Shown: positions 1 through 10,744, counted from the stretch's first letter. The stretch: 64,000 nt of DNA from a virus (IMGVR_UViG_3300030376_008307:1-64000), one strand, 5' to 3'. Notes: a model not told the origin generated them from the sequence alone. A program made the numbers and translations.

Positions 1-2877
1 GGTACAACAGGTACTCAAGGTACTACAGGTGCTCAGGGTACAACAGGTACACAAGGTACTCAAGGTAGACAAGGTACAACAGGAACACAAGGTATTCAAG
101 GTAAACAAGGTACAACAGGTACACAAGGAACAGATGGTAACTTTGGTGGTGCTACTTTCTTTTATACTTTTGATACATCAACTGCTTCATCCGATCCAGG
201 AGCAGGAGATGTTAGATTATCATCTGCAACTCAAGCTTCAGCAGGTAATATGTATATTGATGATTTAGATGAAAATGGAAATGATATTTCATCATTTATG
301 GCCTCAATAGATGCTGTTACATCTGCTGTAAAAGGTCATGTTAGAATATCTAATAAAGATGATGCAGCTCAATTTATACTATTTTCAATATCAGATCTTG
401 AAGATCAAACAGGATGGTGGATAATTAATATTGCTTCACAAGCATCATCAGCATCAGCTCCATTTAGTAATGGTGAAGAAGTAATAGTATCATTTGTAAC
501 TACAGGTGATAAAGGAGATCAAGGTACTCAAGGTACTACAGGAACACAAGGTATTCAAGGTAAACAAGGTATTACAGGAGCACAAGGTATACAAGGTATA
601 ACGGGTACACAAGGTATTCAAGGAGCAACAGGTGCAGGAGGTTCTACAGGTTCACAAGGTATTCAAGGTACAACAGGTACTCAAGGTACTACAGGTACAG
701 GAGGTTCTACAGGTTCACAAGGTACTCAAGGTAAACAAGGAACTACAGGAACACAAGGTGTTCAGGGTACTACAGGTTCACAAGGTACTACAGGTACTCA
801 AGGTATTCAAGGTATTACTGGTGGAACTGGAGGTACAGGTTCTCAAGGTACACAAGGTAAACAAGGTACTACAGGTTCAACAGGAAATACAGGTTCTCAA
901 GGAACAACAGGTACACAAGGTATTCAAGGTGTTCAAGGTACTACAGGTGGAACAGGTGGAACAGGTTCCCAAGGTACTACAGGTACTCAGGGTGTACAAG
1001 GTACTACAGGTACACAAGGTACTCAAGGTAAACAAGGCACAACAGGTACTCAAGGTATTCAAGGAGTAACAGGTGCAGGAGGTTCTACAGGTTCACAAGG
1101 TATTCAAGGTACAACAGGTACTCAAGGTACTACAGGTGCTCAGGGTACAACAGGTTCCCAAGGTACTACAGGTACTCAGGGTGTACAAGGTACTACAGGT
1201 ACACAAGGTGCTACAGGTGCAGGAGGTTCTACAGGTTCTCAAGGTATACAAGGTATTCAGGGTGTAACAGGTGGAACAGGTGGAACAGGTTCTCAAGGTA
1301 CTCAAGGTAAACAAGGTACTACAGGTACTACAGGTTCTCAAGGTATTCAAGGTATAACAGGGAATACAGGTGGAACAGGTTCCCAAGGTATACAAGGTAT
1401 AACAGGAGGAACCGGAGGTACAGGTTCACAAGGTATTCAAGGTATAACAGGTGCAGGAGGTTCTACAGGTTCTCAAGGTATTCAAGGTACAACAGGTACT
1501 CAAGGTACTACAGGTGCTCAGGGTACAACAGGTACACAAGGTACTCAAGGTAGACAAGGTACTACAGGTACACAAGGTATTCAAGGTAGACAAGGTACAA
1601 CAGGTACACAAGGAACAGATGGTAATTTTGGTGGTGCTACATTTGATTTTACTTTTGATTCATCAACAAGTGCAGGAGATCCTGGAACAGGAGAAATTAG
1701 ATTAAATGAAGCTGTTCAAAATACAGCTACAAATGCGTATATAGATTCAACTGATGATGATGGGAACTCAATAAATTCATTCCTTACTACTATGGATAAT
1801 GTTACATCAGCAGTAAAGGGATTTATTAGAATATCAAATAGAACAGATTCATCTCAATTTATTGTAGCATCAGTTACTGATTTAGAAGCACAAACAGGTA
1901 TCCCAATTCCTTGGTGGATATTAAATATTACAGTAACAGCAGCTTCAGCAACATCCCCATTTTCAAATGGTGAAGATATTATAGTATCATTTGTAACATC
2001 AGGTGATAAAGGAGATACAGGTTCTCAAGGAACAACAGGTACCCAAGGTGTTCAAGGTAGACAAGGTACTACAGGTGGAACAGGAGGAACAGGTTCACAA
2101 GGTACCCAAGGTATTCAAGGAGCAACAGGTGCAGGAGGTTCTACAGGTTCTCAAGGTATTCAAGGTACAACAGGTACTCAAGGTACTACAGGTGGAACAG
2201 GAGGAACAGGTTCTCAAGGAACAACAGGTACCCAAGGTATTCAGGGTAGACAAGGTACTACAGGTGGAACAGGAGGAACAGGTTCGCAAGGTACTACGGG
2301 TACACAAGGTATTCAAGGTATAACAGGAGGAACAGGAGGTACAGGTTCACAAGGTATTCAAGGTATAACTGGAGGAACTGGTGGAACTGGTTCTCAAGGA
2401 ACAACAGGTACACAAGGTACTACAGGAACACAAGGTGTTCAAGGTACTACAGGTGGAACAGGTGGAACAGGTTCTCAAGGTACTCAAGGTAAACAAGGTA
2501 CTACAGGTGGAACAGGAGGTACAGGCTCTCAAGGTACTACAGGAACACAAGGTATTCAAGGTATTACTGGTGGAACTGGAGGTACAGGTTCTCAAGGAAC
2601 AACAGGAACACAAGGTACTACAGGTACACAAGGTGCTACAGGTGCAGGAGGTTCTACAGGTTCTCAAGGTATTCAAGGTATAACAGGAGGAACCGGAGGT
2701 ACAGGTTCACAAGGTACTCAAGGTAAACAAGGTATTACAGGTGGAACAGGAGGTACAGGCTCTCAAGGTATTCAAGGTATAACTGGTGGAACTGGAGGTA
2801 CAGGTTCACAAGGTATTCAAGGTATAACTGGTGGAACAGGTGGAACAGGTTCGCAGGGTATACAAGGTATAACAGGA
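1..2877 (+). repeat. 9-nt-period Gly-X-Y coding repeats, interrupted by two homologous globular domains; module duplication with 1485-nt period
   Basis: Bases 1-77 are identical to 1486-1562. The DGNFGGATF...IVSFVTxGDKGD domain occurs at about 133-519 and about 1618-2016. Confidence 0.9.
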
Positions 2878-3525
2878 ACAGCAACTATAAATAATAATGC
2901 TGATAATAGAATAGTTACTGGTGATAATAGTACAGGGGTTTTAAATGCTGAATCTGCTTTTCAATATAATGCTTCAACTCACAAAATAACTATAAGTAGT
3001 CCTGCTGGGGATTATGAATTTGATTTTAACTCACAAGATGCTACACTTAATGGGGCAAATGAAGATTTCAATACAGTTGTTAAAGGTTTAGGAGGAGCGG
3101 GTTCACTTAAAGTAGGTGAAAATTATGTTGATATTACTTCAGCAGGATTAGGAGTAGGTACTACAGGTGTTACAACAACAGGATTAATTAGAGCAACTAA
3201 TGATATAATAGCATTTTACTCATCAGATAAAAGATTAAAAACTAATATATTACCTATACCTAATGCTTTAGATAAAGTATCTAAAATTAGAGGTGTAACT
3301 TTTGATTGGTTAGAATTTGAAGAGAACAAAGATAAAAAAATACATGCTAATGAAGGACATGATATAGGTGTTATAGCACAAGAAATAGAAGCTATACTAC
3401 CAGAATTAGTTAATACTAGAGAAAATGGTTATAAAGCAGTTAAATACGATAAATTAGTAGCATTACTAATTGAAGCTGTTAAAGAACTAAAAGATGAAGT
3501 TGATGAATTAAAGAAAAATCAATAA
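1..3525 (+). CDS. Collagen-like (Gly-X-Y) tail fibre with repeated globular domains and C-terminal intramolecular chaperone (peptidase S74-like); 5' end lies outside the window
   Basis: Frame 1 is open from base 1 (GTTGTQG...). Long GTQ/GTT/GIQ triplet runs. The C-terminus SSDKRLKTNI...GVIAQEIEAILPELV...VKYDKLVALLIEAVKEL is a typical S74 chaperone motif. Confidence 0.88.
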   Translation, partial: GTTGTQGTTGAQGTTGTQGTQGRQGTTGTQGIQGKQGTTGTQGTDGNFGGATFFYTFDTSTASSDPGAGDVRLSSATQASAGNMYIDDLDENGNDISSFMASIDAVTSAVKGHVRISNKDDAAQFILFSISDLEDQTGWWIINIASQASSASAPFSNGEEVIVSFVTTGDKGDQGTQGTTGTQGIQGKQGITGAQGIQGITGTQGIQGATGAGGSTGSQGIQGTTGTQGTTGTGGSTGSQGTQGKQGTTGTQGVQGTTGSQGTTGTQGIQGITGGTGGTGSQGTQGKQGTTGSTGNTGSQGTTGTQGIQGVQGTTGGTGGTGSQGTTGTQGVQGTTGTQGTQGKQGTTGTQGIQGVTGAGGSTGSQGIQGTTGTQGTTGAQGTTGSQGTTGTQGVQGTTGTQGATGAGGSTGSQGIQGIQGVTGGTGGTGSQGTQGKQGTTGTTGSQGIQGITGNTGGTGSQGIQGITGGTGGTGSQGIQGITGAGGSTGSQGIQGTTGTQGTTGAQGTTGTQGTQGRQGTTGTQGIQGRQGTTGTQGTDGNFGGATFDFTFDSSTSAGDPGTGEIRLNEAVQNTATNAYIDSTDDDGNSINSFLTTMDNVTSAVKGFIRISNRTDSSQFIVASVTDLEAQTGIPIPWWILNITVTAASATSPFSNGEDIIVSFVTSGDKGDTGSQGTTGTQGVQGRQGTTGGTGGTGSQGTQGIQGATGAGGSTGSQGIQGTTGTQGTTGGTGGTGSQGTTGTQGIQGRQGTTGGTGGTGSQGTTGTQGIQGITGGTGGTGSQGIQGITGGTGGTGSQGTTGTQGTTGTQGVQGTTGGTGGTGSQGTQGKQGTTGGTGGTGSQGTTGTQGIQGITGGTGGTGSQGTTGTQGTTGTQGATGAGGSTGSQGIQGITGGTGGTGSQGTQGKQGITGGTGGTGSQGIQGITGGTGGTGSQGIQGITGGTGGTGSQGIQGITGTATINNNADNRIVTGDNSTGVLNAESAFQYNASTHKITISSPAGDYEFDFNSQDATLNGANEDFNTVVKGLGGAGSLKVGENYVDITSAGLGVGTTGVTTTGLIRATNDIIAFYSSDKRLKTNILPIPNALDKVSKIRGVTFDWLEFEENKDKKIHANEGHDIGVIAQEIEAILPELVNTRENGYKAVKYDKLVALLIEAVKELKDEVDELKKNQ

Positions 3526-3528
3526 AAC

Positions 3529-5307
3529 ATGGCAAATCAACCCTTTGGAAAAACATGGGTCAGAATAGATCAAATGTGGTCTGCTTCCTCTTATGATGAT
3601 GCCTATGAAAGTAATATATCATTACAAGATATGGCTAGTGTAACAGGAAATCAAGCATCACTTCCTGATGCGGCTACTCAAATTGTCCCTTCTGGTGATT
3701 ATGCTCTTTCTGGAAGTTTTGGGGGATTTGCTAATATTTCAACAAATACTACTTCTTATAAAAGAAAAATGATTAATGGTTCTGTTAAAGGTGATCTTAG
3801 TAATACTATTTTTATAGCACATAATGGAACTTATTTAATTACAACTTTTGAAGACTCAAACACAATTAGCAAAAATGGTACAGGTGTAGCTACTTTATCT
3901 AATAGAGGAGACACAACTTCATTAGCAGCATTAGTAAAAGGTGATCAAATTCATGGTTCTAGACCTTTTACTTGTCATCATACTAATTATCCTGGAATGC
4001 AAGGAGCATATGGTGGGTATGCTGGATTTTGTTTTGCTACAAGAAGAGATAGATCTTCACCTATACTTTATCTTCAAAATTTATCTAATGAAATAGCAAG
4101 TGTACAAGTATTATTTACATCTACAGGTAATTCTAATAGAACGAGTTTAACTTCTGTTCATACCCATGAGTTAGGTGCTTGGGATGTTAGTGGGGGTGGA
4201 GATCAATTTGATGACACATATACAATGTCCTCAACAGGAAATTATTTTATTATAAGTGATAAACTTATTTGTTGTTGGAGAGGACAAGGTCCTACAAGTG
4301 ATACATCAGCAATGTATCCCCTATCTTCAGAACATCTTTATGGTTGGTATTCATCAGATGGTCATACTTTTGCAGTAAATAATGCAGAAGTAGGAAGAAC
4401 AAATACAGGTGGAGGAGGAACTATTAAAGGAGTAGATTCAGGAGGTGGTGCTGCAACTATAATAGGATCATTAAGTTCTGGAAAACAAAACGTTTTTGCT
4501 TCCACTTCAGCAAACTCAGCAATTAGAGGAGGAAGTTATTTTTCAGGTGATTGTTGTGTTGTTTTTGATAATGATGTTTTAACTGGAGGTATAGGAAAAA
4601 CTTTATTTGCAGCTGAATCTCAAGCAGATGGTAATGGATCAAATCAAACATTTTTTACAGGAAAACGAGCTCATGCAAGAATAGCTATGGTAGGGGGGAC
4701 TTGTGCTTGGAATGCATTTGTTTCTTCAGGTTTTTCAGGATCTGCTCCCCCATCAACTGGGTATGCTGATGTAGTTATGAGATTTAATAAATCTGATGTA
4801 TTTCAAGAAGCAAAATCATTCTCAGGACAAAGCTCAACCTCACCACACTCATCAAAAGCATATTTTGGGAATGGATCAGGAACAGGAACGTCAGCTAATG
4901 CTGGAGATTATTTTATATGTAATGTTCCAGTACAAGGTTATATGGATACAGATTCTAGTGATAAAGATGAAACTAATTGTTTTATGACTGATGAAATAAC
5001 ATTACCAACAGCAACTGCTCATACTTTATTAGCAAATAATTTTACATCAGGAACTCCAGGTCAAGTTGAACCCTGGGAATCAACAGCTGCAGCTTGTGAT
5101 GATATGACTAGTGGTTTAAGTGATGGTGGTACTGTATATTCACCTTCATCTACATTAGCTGTTGGATCAGTATTATTTTGGGATCAAAATTATTTATACC
5201 CAGTTAATGGTCAAAATGGATATACTGGTATAGGTGCAGGAAGATCATTTTCCCAATTTCAATTAGGTTACAATGGAGTTTTAAAAACTGCTCCAACTTC
5301 TTGTTAG
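3529..5307 (+). CDS. Hypothetical virion/tail-associated protein (Gly/Ser/Thr-rich, probably beta-rich)
   Basis: 592-aa ORF directly after the fibre gene; composition typical of structural proteins. Confidence 0.55.
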   Translation: MANQPFGKTWVRIDQMWSASSYDDAYESNISLQDMASVTGNQASLPDAATQIVPSGDYALSGSFGGFANISTNTTSYKRKMINGSVKGDLSNTIFIAHNGTYLITTFEDSNTISKNGTGVATLSNRGDTTSLAALVKGDQIHGSRPFTCHHTNYPGMQGAYGGYAGFCFATRRDRSSPILYLQNLSNEIASVQVLFTSTGNSNRTSLTSVHTHELGAWDVSGGGDQFDDTYTMSSTGNYFIISDKLICCWRGQGPTSDTSAMYPLSSEHLYGWYSSDGHTFAVNNAEVGRTNTGGGGTIKGVDSGGGAATIIGSLSSGKQNVFASTSANSAIRGGSYFSGDCCVVFDNDVLTGGIGKTLFAAESQADGNGSNQTFFTGKRAHARIAMVGGTCAWNAFVSSGFSGSAPPSTGYADVVMRFNKSDVFQEAKSFSGQSSTSPHSSKAYFGNGSGTGTSANAGDYFICNVPVQGYMDTDSSDKDETNCFMTDEITLPTATAHTLLANNFTSGTPGQVEPWESTAAACDDMTSGLSDGGTVYSPSSTLAVGSVLFWDQNYLYPVNGQNGYTGIGAGRSFSQFQLGYNGVLKTAPTSC

Positions 5308-5865
5308 ATGTATACATTTCTAAAAGATAAAATTCTAGATGAAAATGAAAAAGAAATAATGATGGAGTGGGAAACTCCCATTATGAAAGAACATGCTAAA
5401 ATTGTAACTGAAAATGGTGGTGATATATTAGAAATAGGATTTGGTATGGGTATATGTTCTAATTTTATACAACAACATAATATTAAATCTCATACTATAA
5501 TTGAAATTAATAATCAAATATTTGATAGATTATTAAAATGGGCTAAAAATAAACCCAATGTTATTCCTATAAAAGGTGATTGGTTTAATAGTATTCCTAA
5601 TAAAAAATATGATGGTATAATGCATGATACATGGGAAGATAAAAATTTTTATAATTTACTACCTACATTAAAAAAATATTTAAAACCTAAAGGTATAATA
5701 ACTTATTATAATCCTTTTACAAAAGAAGTAGCAGACCATACTTCTAAAATAAATAATAGAAAAGTTACTTTTAACCATGTTAGTGTTAATCCACCTACTG
5801 AAGAAATGAAATATAAATATTTTACTAAAAAAGATTATTATTGTATTAAGATAATTGTTGATTAA
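5308..5865 (+). CDS. Class I SAM-dependent methyltransferase, RMT2/guanidinoacetate-MT-like
   Basis: MMEWETPIMKEHA, ILEIGFGMGI (motif I), HTIIE and YDGIMHDT match the Rmt2/GAMT pattern. Confidence 0.75.
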   Translation: MYTFLKDKILDENEKEIMMEWETPIMKEHAKIVTENGGDILEIGFGMGICSNFIQQHNIKSHTIIEINNQIFDRLLKWAKNKPNVIPIKGDWFNSIPNKKYDGIMHDTWEDKNFYNLLPTLKKYLKPKGIITYYNPFTKEVADHTSKINNRKVTFNHVSVNPPTEEMKYKYFTKKDYYCIKIIVD

Positions 5866-5878
5866 ACAATTTTTTTCC

Positions 5879-5887
5879 ATATTTATA
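5879..5887 (+). promoter_or_regulatory. Putative late promoter ATATTTATA. Also at 8971, 10760, 12433, 14870, 30669, 40151; ATATGTATA variant at 8649, 11340, 23045, 56913
   Basis: The same 9-mer recurs at gene boundaries, mostly 14-40 nt upstream of structural gene starts. Confidence 0.7.
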
Positions 5888-5901
5888 ACAAAAATAAAAT
5901 T

Positions 5902-7059
5902 ATGGCTGTAATCCCTATTTATCCTGGTTCATCATCATTTTTTCCTGGAGATACACCTTTTGGATTTTATGATAACCAAATTGATTTTCAAACAGATGCT
6001 GATAAAGTAGTAACATATGTAGCAAGAAGATTAGGTTATCCTATTATGGATGTTGAATTACAAGATTTAAATTTTTATGCAGCATTTGAAGATGCCGTAA
6101 CTACTTATGGCAATGAATTATATGCTTATAAAGTAAGAGAAAATTATTTATCAATTGAGGGATCACCAACAGCCTCAAATTTAAATCATGAGTTAATAAC
6201 TCCTAACTTTGCTAGTGTAGTACGTTATACAGAACAATATGGAGAAGAAGCAGGTACTGGAGGAACAACTCCCTGGTATTCAGGTTCTATACCTATAACT
6301 GCTGGTGTGCAAGATTATGATTTAAAAACTTGGGCTTCTGAATCTTTAGGATTAGATAATAAAGACTTTATTGAAATAAAAAGAGTATTTTATGAAGCAA
6401 CACCTGCTATTGTTAAGTTTTTTGATCCTTATGCTGGTACTGGTACTGGTATGATGAATATGATGGATACTTTTGGTTGGGGTAATTATTCTCCAGCAAT
6501 TAATTTTATGTTAATGCCTATTAGTTTTGATTTACAAAAAATCCAAGCTATAGAATTAAATGATCAAATTAGAAAATCTCAATTTTCATTTGAACTTATA
6601 AATAATAATTTAAGAATATTTCCAATACCTCAAAATAGTGGAACTTTATGGTTCCAATATATAAAATTATCAGATAGAAATGATCCAATTTCTAAATATC
6701 CTGATGGGCAATATAATGTAACAAATGTTTCAAATGTTAACTATTGTAATCCTGATTATTGTGAAATCAATTCAATTGGTAGAAGTTGGATATTCGATTA
6801 TACTTTAGCTGTATGTAAAGAAGTATTAGGATATATTAGAGGTAAATATACAACAGTACCTATACCAGGAGCAGAAGCAACATTAAATCAATCTGACCTA
6901 TTATCTGCAGCAACTTCAGAAAAAGAGGCATTAATAACAAGATTAAGAGAATATTTTGATGAGACATCAAGAAAGAATTTATTAGCAACAAAAGCAGAAG
7001 AAGCTGAATCATTACAAAAAATAGAAGCAGCAGTACCTTACCCAATTTATATAGGATAA
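5902..7059 (+). CDS. Neck protein (T4 gp13-like)
   Basis: RRLGYPIMDVEL near the N-terminus; C-terminal W..DYTLA..KE.LG..RGKY..VPIPG..TLN...; position in the morphogenesis module. Confidence 0.7.
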   Translation: MAVIPIYPGSSSFFPGDTPFGFYDNQIDFQTDADKVVTYVARRLGYPIMDVELQDLNFYAAFEDAVTTYGNELYAYKVRENYLSIEGSPTASNLNHELITPNFASVVRYTEQYGEEAGTGGTTPWYSGSIPITAGVQDYDLKTWASESLGLDNKDFIEIKRVFYEATPAIVKFFDPYAGTGTGMMNMMDTFGWGNYSPAINFMLMPISFDLQKIQAIELNDQIRKSQFSFELINNNLRIFPIPQNSGTLWFQYIKLSDRNDPISKYPDGQYNVTNVSNVNYCNPDYCEINSIGRSWIFDYTLAVCKEVLGYIRGKYTTVPIPGAEATLNQSDLLSAATSEKEALITRLREYFDETSRKNLLATKAEEAESLQKIEAAVPYPIYIG

Positions 7060-7060
7060 T

Positions 7061-7636
7061 ATGGCATTATTTGGAGGAGCAAGAGATGTAAGTATGTTTA
7101 GGGGCATTAGTAGAGAACTAATGTGGGATATTATTGTTCAAGAGTGTGCTCTTTATAAATTTAGATTAGAAGAAACTAATGTTAATATTTACGGAGAAGC
7201 AGCTGAAGAAAAATATTATGAAGCTCCAATGTTACTTAATACATTAATTGACAGACAAGATCAAAGTTCTCCTAACACAGACTTAGGTATTGATTTTGCA
7301 GGAGGACGTACATTTAGATTTTTAAGAGATGATTTAGTAGGAGTAGAATCCAATGGATCTGGTAAAATTGGAGAAATTGTTCCTGAAGTAGGAGATATTA
7401 TATGGTATGAAAATGGATATTATGAAATTTATAATATAATTAGTAATCAATTATTTGTAGGAAAAGATCCACAATACCCTAACCAAGATGATGATGGGTA
7501 TAACCCATATGGTAATTCAGATTTAGCTAGTTTTGGTTATGATGTATCTATAATAGCAGAAGCACATTATGTACCAGCAGATAGAGTAGGAATATCAGAA
7601 GAAAGATTAATATCAAGTATAAAACATGTCAAGTAA
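7061..7636 (+). CDS. Neck/head-closure protein (T4 gp14-like)
   Basis: NIYGEA and PEVGDIIWY motifs; follows the gp13-like gene. Confidence 0.6.
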   Translation: MALFGGARDVSMFRGISRELMWDIIVQECALYKFRLEETNVNIYGEAAEEKYYEAPMLLNTLIDRQDQSSPNTDLGIDFAGGRTFRFLRDDLVGVESNGSGKIGEIVPEVGDIIWYENGYYEIYNIISNQLFVGKDPQYPNQDDDGYNPYGNSDLASFGYDVSIIAEAHYVPADRVGISEERLISSIKHVK

Positions 7637-8573
7637 AGGAAGAAAAGTAGTACCAAAATCTCAAAGAGAAATAAGTAAAGGAATGCATCATCCTTATTCT
7701 GAGGAAGCAGGTAATCCTAATAATGCTGCCTATGAAAAAACTGATAGAAGCAATCAAGTTTCTTTTAAAGATGATAATGTAAAACCCTTCTCAGTTGGTT
7801 TATATGATATTGATGAAACTATACTTTATTATTTTAATAACGTAATTAAACCTACTGTAATTCAAAATGGTAGAAGGGAAGAAGTTCCTGTTATTTATGC
7901 TGATTCTGAAAGATGGAATCAAATTCAAAAAGATGGATATTTTAGAGATAGAAAAGGTAGAATAATGATGCCTTTAATTACTTTTAAAAGGACTAACATT
8001 GAAAAAAATAGAAATATTACTAATAAATTAGATGCTAATTTCCCTAATAATTATAGAATATTTGAAAAAACTTATGATAATAAAAATACATATGATAAAT
8101 TTAATATATTAAATAATAGAAGACCTGTTAAAGATATGTACGCTGTTGTAGTTCCTGATTACGTAACATTAAATTATGATTGTATTATTTCAACATATTA
8201 TATGGAACAAATGAATGGAATAATTGAAGCAATAAATTATGCATCGGATTCATATTGGGGTAATCCTGAAAGATACCAATTTAGAGCTAGAATTGATTCA
8301 GTAGCAACTAATGTTGAAATGCCTGCTGATCAAGATAGATTAGTTAAAAGTACCTTCAGTATAAAAATGTATGGGTATATAGTACCTAATATCCTTCAAA
8401 AGGATTTATCATCAATTAAAAAGTATAATTCTAAGGCTTCAATTACATTTAATTCTGAAGCAGTAAGTAATATAAATGATATAGATCCCCCTCAACCTAA
8501 TAGAACAAATATTCCCCATACAGATAATGTAAATTATGTAGATCCTCCACTAAATAAAACTCCCATCAGATAA
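7626..8573 (+). CDS. Tail sheath stabiliser/tail terminator (T4 gp15-like)
   Basis: VPVIYA..ERW and MPLITFKR motifs; synteny with neck and sheath genes. Confidence 0.55.
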   Translation: MSSKGRKVVPKSQREISKGMHHPYSEEAGNPNNAAYEKTDRSNQVSFKDDNVKPFSVGLYDIDETILYYFNNVIKPTVIQNGRREEVPVIYADSERWNQIQKDGYFRDRKGRIMMPLITFKRTNIEKNRNITNKLDANFPNNYRIFEKTYDNKNTYDKFNILNNRRPVKDMYAVVVPDYVTLNYDCIISTYYMEQMNGIIEAINYASDSYWGNPERYQFRARIDSVATNVEMPADQDRLVKSTFSIKMYGYIVPNILQKDLSSIKKYNSKASITFNSEAVSNINDIDPPQPNRTNIPHTDNVNYVDPPLNKTPIR

Positions 8574-8697
8574 AATTAATATAAATAGAATACCATCATC
8601 TCCTGCACAAGAATAATTAAGATATTTTAATTTTTAAATAATTTATTAATATGTATAATTGATAATAAAATCAACAATTAACTAATAAATAAAAGTA

Positions 8698-8952
8698 ATG
8701 TCAAAAGTAAAAGTTTTAACTGAAACCGAAATCGATAATATAAAAAAAGTAAGAGAAGATTTCCAAATTTTAGTAAGTAATGTAGGAGATGTTGAGATAG
8801 CTATAATGAATCTCAATAAAAGAAAAAAAGATTTTGAAAAAGAATTATCAGAAATACAAAAAAGGGAAGAGGAAATAGCTCTAAACTTAGAAAAAAAATA
8901 TGGTAAAGGAAATATCTCATTAGAAACAGGAGAATTTACTCCAATAGAGTAG
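8698..8952 (+). CDS. Small coiled-coil hypothetical protein
   Basis: 84 aa ending LEKKYGKGNISLETGEF; preceded by the late-type motif. Confidence 0.6.
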   Translation: MSKVKVLTETEIDNIKKVREDFQILVSNVGDVEIAIMNLNKRKKDFEKELSEIQKREEEIALNLEKKYGKGNISLETGEFTPIE

Positions 8953-9001
8953 TTTTTTAAAAAAAACACAATATTTATAATAAAATAAAACAACATAAAA
9001 A

Positions 9002-10744
9002 ATGGCAGAAGTATTAATATCACCGGGTGTTTTAGCAAGAGAAAACGACCAATCACAAATAACAGCAGGACCAGTACAAGCTGGTGCAGCAATTATTGGA
9101 CCAACTGTAAAGGGTCAAACAGATATACCTAAATTAGTAACTAGTTATTCAGAGTACTTAGCTAATTTTGGTAGTACATTTTTATATAGCGGATCAAATA
9201 CTACATTCTTTACATCGATTTCAGCTTATAATTATTTCCAAAATGGAGGAACTTCTTTATTAGTAACTAGAGTAACTCCAGGAGACTTTACAGCTGCAAC
9301 TTCATCAATGATAGCTACAGGTTCAGATGGACCTACAAATGCTGAAGGACCATTTGTATTAGAAACATTATCTCACGGTGCTATAATGAATAGTACAGGA
9401 TCTGGTGATGCCCAAGGAGCAAATGGTACTCTAGCATCAGGATCATCTGATAACTTTAGATGGGAAATTACAAACCCTAATACATCATCAGGTGTGTTTA
9501 GTGTTATAATTAGACAAGGTAATGATACTGAAACTGCAAAACAAGTAGTTGAAACTTTTAGTAATGTTTCTTTAGATCCACTATCTACAAATTATATATC
9601 AAAAGTAATTGGTGATCAAGCACAAAATGTAAGAGGCTCAGCTGGTAATTATTATTTACAATCATCTGGGTCTTTCCGAAATGCCTCAAGATTTGTAAGA
9701 GTATCTGAGGTTTATAATCAAACTCCAAATTATTTAGATAATAATGGAACAGCTAAGGATATATTTACAGGGTCAATTCCAGTAGCACAATCAGGAGCAT
9801 TTGCGGGTGCTGTAGGAGATATATCAGGAAGTGGTACAACTACATCATATTACAACAATGTTAATGATAATCAAGCTCAAGGTTTAATAGGGACAGATTA
9901 TTCTATAGGAATTGAATTATTAGCTAATAGAGATGATTTTAGATATAATCTAATAACAGCTCCAGGTTTAATATTAGCAAATGGAACTTCAGGAGCAGGT
10001 TGGACTACAATTCAGTCAAATTGCGAAACTAGAGGTGATGCAATATTTGTAGGAGATTTAGTTAACTATGATTCTTCATTAACACAGGTAACAACACAAG
10101 CATCTTCAGTTGATTCTTCATATGTAGCTACATATTGGCCTTGGCTACAAGTAATAGATCCAGATTCAAGAGAATTAGTATGGGTTCCAGCTTCAACAAT
10201 GATACCAGGTGTTTATGCTTTTAATGATAGAGCAGGTGAGCCATGGTTTGCACCAGCAGGTATTAATAGAGGTGGATTGGGAGCAGTTAATCAAGCAGAA
10301 AGAAAATTAACTAACACTGATAGAGATAATTTGTATGTTGGAAAAGTAAACCCAATTGCAACATTCCCAGGACAAGGAATTGTAGTATTTGGACAAAAAA
10401 CACTTCAAACTAAAGCATCTGCTTTAGATAGAGTAAATGTAAGAAGATTATTAATTACACTTAAAAATTATATTTCACAAATTGCTGACACATTAGTATT
10501 CGAACAAAATACAGCAGCTACAAGAAATACATTCTTAAGCCAAGTTAATCCTTACTTAGAATCAGTACAACAAAGACAAGGTTTATATGCATTTAAAGTT
10601 GTAATGGATAATACAAACAACACACCAGATGTAATTGATAGAAATGAATTAATTGGTGCTGTTTATTTACAACCAACTAAAACAGCTGAATTTATTTACC
10701 TAGACTTTAACATTTTACCAACTGGAGCAACTTTCCCAGCGTAA
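9002..10744 (+). CDS. Contractile tail sheath protein
   Basis: SPGVLARE N-terminus; PWFAPAGINRG, VNPI, GQKTL...RVNVRRL, FEQN and PTKTAEFI motifs. Confidence 0.95.
   Translation: MAEVLISPGVLARENDQSQITAGPVQAGAAIIGPTVKGQTDIPKLVTSYSEYLANFGSTFLYSGSNTTFFTSISAYNYFQNGGTSLLVTRVTPGDFTAATSSMIATGSDGPTNAEGPFVLETLSHGAIMNSTGSGDAQGANGTLASGSSDNFRWEITNPNTSSGVFSVIIRQGNDTETAKQVVETFSNVSLDPLSTNYISKVIGDQAQNVRGSAGNYYLQSSGSFRNASRFVRVSEVYNQTPNYLDNNGTAKDIFTGSIPVAQSGAFAGAVGDISGSGTTTSYYNNVNDNQAQGLIGTDYSIGIELLANRDDFRYNLITAPGLILANGTSGAGWTTIQSNCETRGDAIFVGDLVNYDSSLTQVTTQASSVDSSYVATYWPWLQVIDPDSRELVWVPASTMIPGVYAFNDRAGEPWFAPAGINRGGLGAVNQAERKLTNTDRDNLYVGKVNPIATFPGQGIVVFGQKTLQTKASALDRVNVRRLLITLKNYISQIADTLVFEQNTAATRNTFLSQVNPYLESVQQRQGLYAFKVVMDNTNNTPDVIDRNELIGAVYLQPTKTAEFIYLDFNILPTGATFPA

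Noticed and set aside
29-2683. Many alternative-frame ORFs (VQQVHKV..., CTCSTL...) over the fibre gene
   Set aside because: Shadows of the 9-nt Gly-X-Y repeat, which lacks stops in other frames.
1-2877. Possible CRISPR array or satellite
   Set aside because: No constant repeat with unique spacers; it is an in-frame coding repeat.
8574-8640. Short Pro-containing open stretch after the gp15-like stop
   Set aside because: Too short, with no start codon or convincing slippery site; cannot be supported.
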